From the NCBI GenBank assembly GCA_030831315.1, contig JAURLI010000011.1:2722-66721 (forward strand): a stretch of DNA of 64,000 nt, in the 5' to 3' direction. Position numbers and translations under genes: made by a program. Below, piece by piece: positions 28,915-38,606 of the stretch; positions within the stretch are counted from its first letter, which is position 1; each line of letters begins with the position of its first letter. The notes beneath the pieces were generated by a model, which was not told the DNA's origin, searched no databases, and saw only the letters and a list, made by a program, of their open reading frames with translations. Origin of the DNA: Alphaproteobacteria bacterium (GTDB lineage Bacteria > Pseudomonadota > Alphaproteobacteria > SMXQ01).

Positions 28915-29697
28915 TCAGCAGTCGTAGCCGGGACTGACGCGGTCCAGCATCTTCTTGAGCGATTCCCAACCCGACGGGCGTTCCTTCGTCACATGGGCGT
29001 CGTTTTCGAACTGCTGGGCGGTGTGTTCCAGCAGGTTCGCCGACAGCGGCACCAGCTTGCCGCCCGCGGCCATCACCGCGAGCTGGGTCTTGCAGGCCTT
29101 TTCCATCGCATACATTTCCTTGAATGCCTGCGGGATGGTCGGCGCGCAGACAAGCAGGCCGTGGTTGCGAAGGACCAGGTAGTTCTTGTCGCCCAGATCG
29201 CGCACCAGCCGGGACCGTTCGTCCATATCCTGCGCCTTGCCCTCGAAATCGTGATAGGCGAGCCGTTTGTAGTAGCGCGTCGCTTTCTGAAAGATCGGCT
29301 GCAGGCCGTCCTGCATGGTGGCGATGGCCATGCCGGCGACGGTGTGCGTGTGCAACACGCATTTGGCATCGGGACGCGCGCCGTGGATCGCCGAATGAAT
29401 GACGAAGCCCGCCGGATTGATCACATGATCGGTCTTGTTGATGATCTCGCCGTCGAGATTGACCTTGACCAGGTTGGACGCCGTCACCTCGCTGAAATGC
29501 ACGCCGTAGGGATTGATCAGGAAGTGTTCTTCCTTGCCCGGAACGCGCGCTGAAATATGAGTGGCGAACAGGTCGTCCATGTCGAAATGGGCGATCAGCC
29601 GATAGCACGCGGCGAGATCGACGCGCAGGCGCCACTCGGCTTCGGTCATCGGGGCTTCGGCATCAAAGACGTGCCGCAGGACGGGACTGGCGCACAT
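28915..29697 (-). CDS. Class II aldolase/adducin family protein
   Basis: RVDLAACYR, THISAR, FLINP, INPAGFVIH, HTH, LRNHG; GGAGG RBS. Confidence 0.9.
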   Translation of the reverse strand: MCASPVLRHVFDAEAPMTEAEWRLRVDLAACYRLIAHFDMDDLFATHISARVPGKEEHFLINPYGVHFSEVTASNLVKVNLDGEIINKTDHVINPAGFVIHSAIHGARPDAKCVLHTHTVAGMAIATMQDGLQPIFQKATRYYKRLAYHDFEGKAQDMDERSRLVRDLGDKNYLVLRNHGLLVCAPTIPQAFKEMYAMEKACKTQLAVMAAGGKLVPLSANLLEHTAQQFENDAHVTKERPSGWESLKKMLDRVSPGYDC

Positions 29698-29779
29698 GGA
29701 AACCTCCCTCGCTCAAGGGGCCGGTCGCGGATACGCCAGCCTTCGTTTGCGCGACTCTAGGCCCGCTTGGGCCGGGCCG

Positions 29780-30646
29780 TCAAACGCGGCCGATTGCGGC
29801 GAAAACCGCCTTGTGCAGCGCCGCCTTGGGATCGGTCAGGGCATCGAGCACATTGAAATGGTGCAGCCCCGGCGCGGCGGGCATCGCAACCTTGAGGCCT
29901 GCGCGTTTCCATGCGGCTGCCAGTTCCGAGGTGTGGCGGCGGAATTCGTCGGTCTCTTCGCTGCCGACGCTGACGACCAGGTGACCGCGGGCGGGCGGGC
30001 GCAGGCGCAGCGGTGACAGCTCGTGGGCTTCGGCCTCGTCGATGCCGAGCTCGCGCAGCTGTTTGACGTGGCGCAGCGGCGAAAGGTCGTAAAGGCCGGA
30101 AATGCAGGCGGCACTCTTGATCGCGCCTGAGGGCAGCGAATGACGCGTCCAATCGGTCGCCATCATCATCGCCGCAAGATGCCCGCCCGCCGAATGGCCT
30201 ATGACATGCACACGGGTCGGGTCGAAGCGCAGCCCCGACGGATAATTGAGCAGCCAGTGCACAGCCCTGCGGCAGCTTGCGACGATGTCCGAAAGCCGGA
30301 CCTCGGGCGCCAGCGGGTAGCCGATGGTGGCGAAATTGCAGCCGCGGTCGGTGAAGGTGGGCGCGAGGTAGGCGAACTGGTCCTTGGAGCGGCTTTTCCA
30401 GTAGCCGCCATGAATGAATATGACCAGCGGGGCGAACTCATCTTCGGTCGGGTAGATGTCGATGCGCTCGCGCGGGTGAATGCCGTAGACGAAATCAAGG
30501 AGACGCGGGCGGGTATGGCGCACCTCTTCGCAGGCCGCATCGGTGCGTGCGGCGCGCGCATCGCGCATCGGCTGCAGCGCCGCCGTCGTTACCGTGTACT
30601 GCGCTTCCAGCGCGGCCTGATCGTAGCCGCCGAACACCAGGGTCAT
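29780..30646 (-). CDS. Alpha/beta hydrolase (arylformamidase-like)
   Basis: FIHGGYW, GHSAGGH, SGLYDL, HF. Confidence 0.88.
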   Translation of the reverse strand: MTLVFGGYDQAALEAQYTVTTAALQPMRDARAARTDAACEEVRHTRPRLLDFVYGIHPRERIDIYPTEDEFAPLVIFIHGGYWKSRSKDQFAYLAPTFTDRGCNFATIGYPLAPEVRLSDIVASCRRAVHWLLNYPSGLRFDPTRVHVIGHSAGGHLAAMMMATDWTRHSLPSGAIKSAACISGLYDLSPLRHVKQLRELGIDEAEAHELSPLRLRPPARGHLVVSVGSEETDEFRRHTSELAAAWKRAGLKVAMPAAPGLHHFNVLDALTDPKAALHKAVFAAIGRV

Positions 30647-30747
30647 GATACCTCCGCTCGAAACCGTTTTTTGCGCCGCTTCCGGCGTCGCGAAAGGCGC
30701 TATAGTGTCCCAATGAGCCGTTGCCCGCAAACCCCCTGTCGGCCGAG

Positions 30748-31383
30748 ATGAGTGCCTGCCACGACCCCTGCTGCCCGGCGCCGCCTGATGCGGCGCACGA
30801 CGCCCGCTTTCGCCGCGCCCTGTGGGTCGCGCTGGTGCTGAACGCGGCCATGTTCGTGATCGAGGCTTCGGCCGGCCTCGGCGCCGGGTCGGTGTCGCTG
30901 CAGGCGGACGCCGTCGATTTTCTGGGCGACAGCGCAAATTACGCAATTTCCCTTTTCGTGCTGGGCCTTGCCATGCGCTGGCGCTCGGCCAGCGCCATGA
31001 TCAAGGGTGGGGCGATGCTTGCCTTCGGCCTGTGGGTCATCGGCGCGACGGTGTGGAGCCTGATCACCAAGGGCGTGCCCAATGCCGCCGTCATGGGCTC
31101 CGTCGGCACGTTGGCGCTCGTCGTCAATGTGTTCTGTGCCGTTCTTCTTTATCGGTTTCGCGGTGGCGACGCGAACATACGCTCGGTCTGGCTGTGTTCG
31201 CGCAATGATGCGATCAGCAACATCGCCGTCATCGTCGCTGCCTCGGGCGTGTTCGCTACCGGTTCCAACTGGCCCGACCTTGCGGTTGCCGCGATCATGG
31301 CTTCGCTTGCGCTTTATGCCAGCGTCCTCGTTTTGAGCCATGCGTTCCGCGAGTGGCGCACCCATACTCCTTCTGCTGCGTGA
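30748..31383 (+). CDS. Short cation diffusion facilitator-type metal transporter
   Basis: SLQADAVDFLGD, WLCSRND; N-terminal CHDPCC. Confidence 0.85.
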   Translation: MSACHDPCCPAPPDAAHDARFRRALWVALVLNAAMFVIEASAGLGAGSVSLQADAVDFLGDSANYAISLFVLGLAMRWRSASAMIKGGAMLAFGLWVIGATVWSLITKGVPNAAVMGSVGTLALVVNVFCAVLLYRFRGGDANIRSVWLCSRNDAISNIAVIVAASGVFATGSNWPDLAVAAIMASLALYASVLVLSHAFREWRTHTPSAA

Positions 31384-31394
31384 GATCATCCGGC

Positions 31395-32021
31395 ATGAAC
31401 CTCCGCAAAGTTCTCATTTTCGCTATTGCCGCCCTGGCCGCGGTTCTTCTTGCTTTCGCACTGGTCAAGGGTGTGCGGCTGTTCACGGGGACGACATCCG
31501 CGCCGGGCGGCGCCGTGGTGGCGACGGCGGGTGCGGCGATCGGCGGCCCCTTAACGCTCACCGATTCCGGCGGAAAGCGGGTCACCGATGCCGATTTTCG
31601 TGGGCGCTATGTCCTCATCTACTTCGGCTACACCTTCTGTCCCGATGTCTGCCCGACCGAATTGCAGGCGATGGGCCGGGCCCTCGATCTGCTTGGGCCT
31701 GCCGGTGAAAAGATCGTGCCCGTGTTCATCAGCGTCGATCCGGCGCGCGACACGCCCGAAACTCTCGGCAAATATGTGTGCGCGTTTCATCCGCGCATGA
31801 TCGGCCTGTCGGGCAGCGATGATGACATTGCCCGCGCGGCCAAGGCGTTCCGGGTCTATTACCGGCTGGGCCGGCCGAGCGCGCCGGGGGCAAAGGATTA
31901 CCTCGTCGATCACACATCCTTCATCTACCTGATGGGCCCCGACGGGAAGCTCGCGGTGCTGCTGCGCGGCGGCGCCGGGGCCGAAGCCATCGCCCAGGGA
32001 ATCCGCAGCGTCCTGCCCTAG
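31395..32021 (+). CDS. SCO1/SenC copper chaperone
   Basis: FGYTFCPDVCP, SVDPARD, YLVDH. Confidence 0.95.
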   Translation: MNLRKVLIFAIAALAAVLLAFALVKGVRLFTGTTSAPGGAVVATAGAAIGGPLTLTDSGGKRVTDADFRGRYVLIYFGYTFCPDVCPTELQAMGRALDLLGPAGEKIVPVFISVDPARDTPETLGKYVCAFHPRMIGLSGSDDDIARAAKAFRVYYRLGRPSAPGAKDYLVDHTSFIYLMGPDGKLAVLLRGGAGAEAIAQGIRSVLP

Positions 32022-32079
32022 CCATCGCCGCCAAGGGCCGTTAGGATCGCGCCCGCCCCCGAACAAGCCGGAGTATCCC

Positions 32080-32556
32080 ATGCGTTTTCGCAGTTTTTTC
32101 GGTGCAGCCGTGTTCGCGCTTGCCTTCGTTCCCGCCGTTTCCGCTCACGACTACAGCAAGGGCAAGATGGTCGTCGATCATCCCTGGGCTCGTGCGACCA
32201 TCGGCACGGCGCGCCCGGGTGTGGTTTACCTAGCCCTGATCAATGAAGGCAAAGTCGCGGACAAGCTGTTGTCGGCGGCGACCCCCGTCGCCGCGCGCGT
32301 CGAAATCCACCGTTCCTTCATGGAAGGCAACGTCATGCGCATGGCGCCGGTCGATGGCGTCGAAGTCGCCGCGGGCCGCACGGTCGAATTCGCGCCGGGC
32401 GGGCTGCACCTGATGCTGATGGGTCTGAATAAGGAACTTGCCGCAGGCGACCGCGTTTCCCTGACGCTCGTTTTCGAAAAGGCGGGCCGCATCCAGGCCA
32501 AGGTCACGGTCATGCCGATGGGTGCCGGCGCGCATGGCGGCGGTATGAAGCACTGA
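32080..32556 (+). CDS. PCu(A)C periplasmic copper chaperone
   Basis: PWAR, EIH...MRM, PGGLHLML. Confidence 0.93.
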   Translation: MRFRSFFGAAVFALAFVPAVSAHDYSKGKMVVDHPWARATIGTARPGVVYLALINEGKVADKLLSAATPVAARVEIHRSFMEGNVMRMAPVDGVEVAAGRTVEFAPGGLHLMLMGLNKELAAGDRVSLTLVFEKAGRIQAKVTVMPMGAGAHGGGMKH

Positions 32557-32579
32557 GTTTTCTCTGCACGGAAAAGCCA

Positions 32580-32616
32580 AAGGGCCGGAAGTTTCCTTCC
32601 GGCCCTTCGTTTTTTA
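32580..32616. terminator. Intrinsic terminator between convergent genes
   Basis: AAGGGCCGGAAG / CTTCCGGCCCTT stem plus T run. Confidence 0.8.
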
Positions 32617-32628
32617 TGGCACGTGCCG

Positions 32629-33345
32629 TCAGTCGCGGCGCTGGCCCAGAAGCTGCAGCAGCAGCATCATCAGGTTGATGAAGTCGAGGTAGAGCGCAAG
32701 CGCGCCCATGATCGCCTTCTTGCCCGCGGTCTCGGCAGGGTCGCTCTCGAGGTATTCGGACTTGATGCGCTGGGTGTCGTAGGCGGTCAGGCCCGCGAAC
32801 ACCAGCACGCCGATCACCGAGATGGCGAACTGCAGGCCGGAGCTCTTGAGGAACATGTTCACCAGCCCGGCGATGATGATGCCGAACAGGCCCATGATCA
32901 GGAAGGACGCCATGCCCGACAGATCGCGCTTGGTGGTGTAGCCGTAGAGGCTCAGCGCACCGAAGGAAGCGGCGGTGATGAAAAACACGCGCGCGATGGA
33001 CTGACCGGTAAAGACGATGAAGATCGTCGACAGCGACAGGCCCATGACGGCGGCGAAGGTCCAGAACAAGGCCTGTGACGCGAACAGCGACAGGCGGTGG
33101 ATGCCGAAGCTCAGGACGAGAACGAAGGCGAGCGGTGCCAGCATCACCACCCAAGCGAGGGGTGTGCCGAAAATCGACTGCATGAGCGTCTGCGAACTGG
33201 CGGCCGCATAGGCGACGATGCCCGTCAGTGCGACGGCGGAAGCCATGTAGTTGTAAACCGTCAGCATGTGCTGGCGCAGGCCGACGTCGATCTGCGCGGC
33301 CTCCAGCTGTGCCTGGGTCATTGTGCGTCTGTCGGGGGCAAGCAT
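32629..33345 (-). CDS. Bax inhibitor-1/YccA family protein
   Basis: IDVGLR, YGYTTKRDLS, AYDTQRIK, ALALYLDFIN. Confidence 0.93.
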   Translation of the reverse strand: MLAPDRRTMTQAQLEAAQIDVGLRQHMLTVYNYMASAVALTGIVAYAAASSQTLMQSIFGTPLAWVVMLAPLAFVLVLSFGIHRLSLFASQALFWTFAAVMGLSLSTIFIVFTGQSIARVFFITAASFGALSLYGYTTKRDLSGMASFLIMGLFGIIIAGLVNMFLKSSGLQFAISVIGVLVFAGLTAYDTQRIKSEYLESDPAETAGKKAIMGALALYLDFINLMMLLLQLLGQRRD

Positions 33346-33411
33346 CTGTGTGTTCCTCGGCAGTTTGAAGTCCCTGTGGGCGGTCATTATGACCGACCAA
33401 TTCGGTCAAAA

Positions 33412-33440
33412 ATATGGTCATGCCACCGGGAAAATTCAAG
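33412..33440 (-). promoter_or_regulatory. RpoH-type promoter of the BI-1/YccA gene
   Basis: Minus strand CTTGAA-N17-CCATAT. Confidence 0.6.
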
Positions 33441-33484
33441 GGAAACCGGGACTTGGCGGATTTCGGCCCTTCTTGGGGCGGTTT

Positions 33485-36073
33485 TCAGCCCCGCGCCGCC
33501 TCGCGCAGGACCTGCGCCGGGGCCTGGGCCAGCGCCCGCCAGGTTCCGGCGAATCCGAAGCCGATGACCGCACCGGCGGCGCCGATCAGGGCAGCGGCGG
33601 CGGGGCCGGGCAGGAACGCCCAGTCCGCATCCATGACCTGGGTGAGGACGAAGAATGCCGCACCGGTTCCGAGAACGGCCGCGATGACGGCCGCGCCCAA
33701 CCCGATCAACCCGTATTCCATGATATAGGCAAGCGCCAGGTCGCGCCGACGCGCGCCGGTGATCTTCAGGATCACCGCGTCGCGGGTGCGTTCGCGCCGG
33801 CCCGCCGCGACGGCGCCAGCGAGAACGAGAATTCCGGAAACGAGCGCCAGCGCCGCCGTCAGCCGTGCCGCCAACCCGATCTTGCCGAGCGCGTCGGCGG
33901 CTGCTTCCAGCGCCTCGCGTACGCGAATGGCGGTGACGTTGGCGAACTTGTCGGTGACCGCCTGGGCCAGTTTTTCTTCTGCCTCGCGGCTCGCCATGAC
34001 CGTGGCGATGAAGGTCTGCGGCGCACCTTCCAGAAGGCCCGGCGCGAAGATCATGGTGAAGTTGAGGCCGAGCTGCGACCAGTCGATCTGCCGCGTATTG
34101 GCGATCTTCGCCGTCAACTCGCGTCCCAGCACGTTGATGGTGATGCTGTCGCCGATACCGAGCCCGAGCCCTTCGGCGATGCGCGCATCGACGCTGACCA
34201 GCGGCGGCCCCTTGTAATCGGCGGGCCACCAGTTGCCTGCGACGATGTCCGTATTTTCCGGCATCGCCGCCGCATAAGTGACGCCCCGATCGCTCTCGAC
34301 GGCCCAGCGGGCGCTGGGGCCGACCGTGACCTGTTCGATCGGCGTGCCGTTTGCGCGCGCGATGCGCCCGCGCAGTGACGGCATCCGGTTGATGCCGCCG
34401 GCGCCGGGAACGCTGCTCACGGCGGCCTCGAAGGTGGCGACCTGGTCGGGCTGGATGTCGATGAAGAAATAGGCGGGTGCCGCTTCGGGGATGCGGCTGT
34501 CGAGCTGGCGCTGGAAGTTGCCCTCGATCTCGGCCAGCGCCACGAACACGGTCAGCCCGATGCCGAGTGCCAGCACGATGCTGCGCGCCGGTGCGCCCGG
34601 CCGCGCGATATTAGCGAGCGCCAGTTGCAGGCGTGGCGACGGCCGCCCGGCGGCCCCCAGCCCGCGCGCCGCGCGCGCCGCCATGTGTGCGAAGATGCGG
34701 CCCGCAAGGGTAAAGATGCCGAAGGCGATGATGGCGCCGGCGATGAACCAGAGTGCGAAGGACGGGCGGAAGGCGCTCGCCACGGCAAGCGCCGCGATGG
34801 TCAATCCGGCGACTGCCAGCGCCAGCAAGGTGCCCGCACGCGGGCGGAAGCGAACGGAACCGACCAACCCGCGAAACAGCGCCGCGGCGGGAACGTCGCG
34901 CGCCTGGGCCAGCGGCCACAGGGTGAACAGCGCCGCGACCGCGATGCCGTATATGGCCGCCGCCGCCAGCGCCAGCGGTTGCAGCGCGAATTCGGCAGTG
35001 ACCGGCAGGTACTGGGCAAGGAGCGGCGCCAGCGCCAGCGGCAGCACGACACCCACGCCAAGTCCGATCGCGATGCCGGTTGCCGCCATCAGTGCGATCT
35101 CGATACCGAAAACCATGAAGATGAAACGCGACCGCGCCCCCAGGCATTTCAGGGTGGCGATGGTATCGCGCTTGGCTTCAAGGTGCCCGCGCACGGCGCC
35201 CGCCACGCCGACGCCGCCGACCAGCAGCGTCGTCAGCCCGACAAGGGTGAAGAACAACGCTGCGCGATCAACGTAACGCTGGATGCGCGGCGTCGCTTCC
35301 GCGATGTTGCGCACGCGCCAGCTCGCCTCCGGGAAAGCGGCGTCGAGTGCGTCCTCAAGCGCCACGCCGTCGGTTCCGGGCGCGTAGGCAAGACGATAAT
35401 GCCAGCGGATCAGGCTGCCCGGCTGCACCAGACCCGTTGCCGCCAGCGCCGCCTCGGCGATGAACACGCGCGGTCCCAGCTTGAACGCGCCCGATGCCTT
35501 GTCCGGTTCGTTTTCGACTTCGGCGCGGATGGTGAAACGCGCGAGGCCGATGGTAATGGCATCGCCGGTCTTGAGGCCGAGGCGCGCAAGAAGCCCGCGC
35601 TCGACCGCGGCGCCGAAAGTGCCCGACGCATCGGGTTTCAGCGCCGTCTCCAGCGTCATGCGCGGCGCAAGAATGACGTTGCCCAGCAGCGGATAGGCGC
35701 CATCGACGGCTTTCAATTCGATCAGCGACCGGTTGCGGCCCTGACGCGGGGCGGCATCCGCCGGGCGCGACGCCATGGCGCGCATGGAAACGGCAAGGGA
35801 CACGCGGGCGCGCTCGCGCATCCAGTTCACCTGCGCCGTCGTCGCCGGGCCGCCGGTGACGCGGATGTCGAGATCGCCACCAAGAAGGATGCGCGCATCG
35901 CGCGCCAGCCCGTCGCGCACCATGCCGGTCAGCGACCCGATGCCGGCGATGGCTGCAACGCCAAGTGCCAGGCAGGCCAGCATGACGGCAAAGCCGCGAA
36001 AGCCGCCGCGCAGATCGCGGCGGGCAAAGCGCCATGCGGTTGAAAAGGTTTCGGCTCTGGCGCCGGCGCTCAT
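33485..36073 (-). CDS. ABC transporter permease, YbbP-like (two FtsX domains)
   Basis: FARRDLRGG, LGGD, IATLKCLGA, YFFIDIQ. Confidence 0.9.
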   Translation of the reverse strand: MSAGARAETFSTAWRFARRDLRGGFRGFAVMLACLALGVAAIAGIGSLTGMVRDGLARDARILLGGDLDIRVTGGPATTAQVNWMRERARVSLAVSMRAMASRPADAAPRQGRNRSLIELKAVDGAYPLLGNVILAPRMTLETALKPDASGTFGAAVERGLLARLGLKTGDAITIGLARFTIRAEVENEPDKASGAFKLGPRVFIAEAALAATGLVQPGSLIRWHYRLAYAPGTDGVALEDALDAAFPEASWRVRNIAEATPRIQRYVDRAALFFTLVGLTTLLVGGVGVAGAVRGHLEAKRDTIATLKCLGARSRFIFMVFGIEIALMAATGIAIGLGVGVVLPLALAPLLAQYLPVTAEFALQPLALAAAAIYGIAVAALFTLWPLAQARDVPAAALFRGLVGSVRFRPRAGTLLALAVAGLTIAALAVASAFRPSFALWFIAGAIIAFGIFTLAGRIFAHMAARAARGLGAAGRPSPRLQLALANIARPGAPARSIVLALGIGLTVFVALAEIEGNFQRQLDSRIPEAAPAYFFIDIQPDQVATFEAAVSSVPGAGGINRMPSLRGRIARANGTPIEQVTVGPSARWAVESDRGVTYAAAMPENTDIVAGNWWPADYKGPPLVSVDARIAEGLGLGIGDSITINVLGRELTAKIANTRQIDWSQLGLNFTMIFAPGLLEGAPQTFIATVMASREAEEKLAQAVTDKFANVTAIRVREALEAAADALGKIGLAARLTAALALVSGILVLAGAVAAGRRERTRDAVILKITGARRRDLALAYIMEYGLIGLGAAVIAAVLGTGAAFFVLTQVMDADWAFLPGPAAAALIGAAGAVIGFGFAGTWRALAQAPAQVLREAARG

Positions 36074-36750
36074 TGTGCCGCCCTTGCGCGATCGGCGGCG
36101 ATGCGGCCGTCCTCTATGTGGATGGTGCGCGGGCAGCGTGCGGCAAGGCGTTCGTCATGGGTAATCAGCACCAGCGTCGCGCCGCTTTTTTCGTGCAGGC
36201 GGAAAAGAATTTCGATGACCTGTTCGCCGGTGGTGCTGTCGAGATTTCCGGTCGGCTCGTCGGCCAGTATCAGGCCCGGGCCTGATGCGAAGGCGCGCGC
36301 GATGGCGACGCGCTGCTGTTCGCCGCCCGACATTTCCACCGGGTAATGATCGAGGCGATGGCCGAGCCCGACGCTTTCCAGAGCCGCGCGCGCCCGTGGA
36401 TAGGCATCGCCATGGCCGGCAAGTTCCAGCGGCACGGCGACGTTTTCGATCGCGGTCATCGATGCGACCAGGTGAAAGGACTGGAAAACGATGCCGACAT
36501 GCTCGCGGCGAAAAAGCGCCAGCGCATCCTCGTCGAGCGCGCCAAGGTCCCTGCCGCGGATGGAAACGCGGCCCGCGCTCGGTTGCTCGAGGCCGGCCAT
36601 CACCATCAGCAGCGTCGATTTACCCGAACCGGACGGGCCAAGGACTGCCACAGCCTCGCCATCTTTGACGTCGAGGCTGATGCCACGAAGGATTTCGACG
36701 GGCCCCGCCCGGGATTGCAGTTTGAGGCGAACGTCCTCAAGATGAATCAT
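36070..36750 (-). CDS. ABC transporter ATP-binding protein, YbbA-like
   Basis: GPSGSGKST, SGGEQQR, ADEPTGNLD. Confidence 0.93.
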   Translation of the reverse strand: MIHLEDVRLKLQSRAGPVEILRGISLDVKDGEAVAVLGPSGSGKSTLLMVMAGLEQPSAGRVSIRGRDLGALDEDALALFRREHVGIVFQSFHLVASMTAIENVAVPLELAGHGDAYPRARAALESVGLGHRLDHYPVEMSGGEQQRVAIARAFASGPGLILADEPTGNLDSTTGEQVIEILFRLHEKSGATLVLITHDERLAARCPRTIHIEDGRIAADRARAAQ

Positions 36751-36822
36751 GATCTGCTCTGTTCTTTCCGGCGTAGGGCCAAAAGTACGACGGTCACCCG
36801 CCGGACGCACTCATCGGGATAT

Positions 36823-37494
36823 GTGTCCTTGACCCGCATTGTCAATCTTGCTGCCTTTTATACGCTCGTCATTGTCATGGCGATCATGGCGGTTTTGCGG
36901 CCCGTGGCGGCGGCGGAGCCACTTCATATCCTGGTTCTGGGCGACAGTCTCAGCGCCGGGCTCGGCCTGCCCGCGCGTGAAGCCTTCCCCGCCCGCCTGG
37001 AGGCGGCGCTGCGCGCCAAGGGCCATGACGTCGCGGTGATCAATGCCGGGGTGTCGGGCGATACCACGGCCGGCGGCAAGGCGCGCATCAACTGGTCGCT
37101 GGCAGGCCCCCCGCGCCCCGGTGCGGTGATCGTGGCGCTCGGCTCGAATGATGCCCTGCGCGGCATCGAGCCCGCCGAAACACGGGCCAATCTGGATGCC
37201 ATCATCGGGGCGGTCCGGGCAGCGGGCCTGCCCGCATTGCTCGCGGGCATGAAGGCACCCCGCAATTTCGGCGCCGATTACGTGCGCGAATTCGAAGCGG
37301 TGTTCCCGGCACTTGCCGCGCGCTACGATGCGCTCTACTACCCGTTCATCCTCGAAGGGGTGGCGCTGGACCCGGCCCTCAACCAGGCCGACGGCATCCA
37401 CCCCAATGAAAGGGGCGTCGCGCGCATGGTCGCTGGAATTCTGCCGCTTGCCGAACAGCTTGTCGCCCGCGCCCGGGCGAAGGCTGCGCCATGA
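36823..37494 (+). CDS. tesA: Arylesterase/acyl-CoA thioesterase I (SGNH)
   Basis: GDSLS, NAGVSGDT, GSND, DGIHP; divergent from ybbA-like gene; start uncertain (36823 or 36877). Confidence 0.88.
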   Translation: MSLTRIVNLAAFYTLVIVMAIMAVLRPVAAAEPLHILVLGDSLSAGLGLPAREAFPARLEAALRAKGHDVAVINAGVSGDTTAGGKARINWSLAGPPRPGAVIVALGSNDALRGIEPAETRANLDAIIGAVRAAGLPALLAGMKAPRNFGADYVREFEAVFPALAARYDALYYPFILEGVALDPALNQADGIHPNERGVARMVAGILPLAEQLVARARAKAAP

Positions 37495-38606
37495 GGAGCG
37501 GCGCCTACCGTGCCGCCCATGCCGCCGGCGAAGACTGGGGCCGCGTCGCCAAGGCGCTGTCCGACCAGCTCGGCCCCGGCGGCAACAAGCCCGAAGGACT
37601 TGGATTTCTCTATTTGACCGAGCCGCTCGCGAGCGATCTCGGCAGCGTGCTCACCTTCCTGCGCGAAACCACCGGTGTCGCCGACTGGGTCGGCGCCGTC
37701 GGTTTCGGCGTTGCCGCCAATCGTGCCGAATATTTCAACGAACCGGCGGGTGCCGCATTGGTGGCCCCCTTCGGCCCGGGCGACTATCACCTGCTGCGCT
37801 CGATCATCACCGACCGTCCCGGCAAGAACGGCATCGGGCGTTTCGCCGCAGAGGGGGTGCCGGTCGGCATCGTTCACGGCGATGCCGCCAACGGCACCTT
37901 GCCCGATATTGTTTCGGCATTGGCCGATGAAAGCGGTGCGTTCCTGGCGGGCGGCCTGACCGCGCTTGCCGCGCGTGCCCAGATCGCGGGCGAAGTGACG
38001 GGCGGGGGCCTGTCGGGCGTGCTGATCGCGCCGGGCATCGGCGCCATCACCGGCGTCAGCCAGGGTTGCGCACCCATCGGCGCGCCCCACGCGATCACCG
38101 ACGGGCGCGCCAACGTTTTGGTCGAGCTTGACCGGCGGCCGTCCCTTGACGTGTTTCTCGAAGATGTGGGACCCGATCTCGCCACGAATCTGGAGCATGC
38201 CGGGCGCATGGTTCATGTCGCCCTTGCCGTGCCGGGATCGGACCGGGGCGACTATCTCGTGCGCAACATCACCGGCATCGATCCCGATCGCGGGCTGATG
38301 GCGATCGGCGAAACCATCGACACCGGCCAGTCGCTGACCTTCTGCATGCACAACCGCGATACCGCTGTTGCCGATCTCAAGCGCATGGCCTCCGACATGG
38401 CGCGCCGCTTGGGCGCGCCGCCTTCGGCCGGGCTGTATTTTTCCTGTGTGGCGCGCGGGCCCAACCTGTTCGGGCCCGACGGGCGGGAAATGAAGCTGAT
38501 CGCCGAAGAACTCGGCGATTTTCCCATCGCCGGGTTCTACGCCAACGGCGAGATCTTCAATCATCGCCTTTACGGCTACACCGGCGTGCTCGTGCTGTTC
38601 CCGTGA
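37491..38606 (+). CDS. Stand-alone FIST domain protein
   Basis: SQGCAPIG, YFSCVARG, GFYANGEI, LYGYT. Confidence 0.88.
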   Translation: MRSGAYRAAHAAGEDWGRVAKALSDQLGPGGNKPEGLGFLYLTEPLASDLGSVLTFLRETTGVADWVGAVGFGVAANRAEYFNEPAGAALVAPFGPGDYHLLRSIITDRPGKNGIGRFAAEGVPVGIVHGDAANGTLPDIVSALADESGAFLAGGLTALAARAQIAGEVTGGGLSGVLIAPGIGAITGVSQGCAPIGAPHAITDGRANVLVELDRRPSLDVFLEDVGPDLATNLEHAGRMVHVALAVPGSDRGDYLVRNITGIDPDRGLMAIGETIDTGQSLTFCMHNRDTAVADLKRMASDMARRLGAPPSAGLYFSCVARGPNLFGPDGREMKLIAEELGDFPIAGFYANGEIFNHRLYGYTGVLVLFP

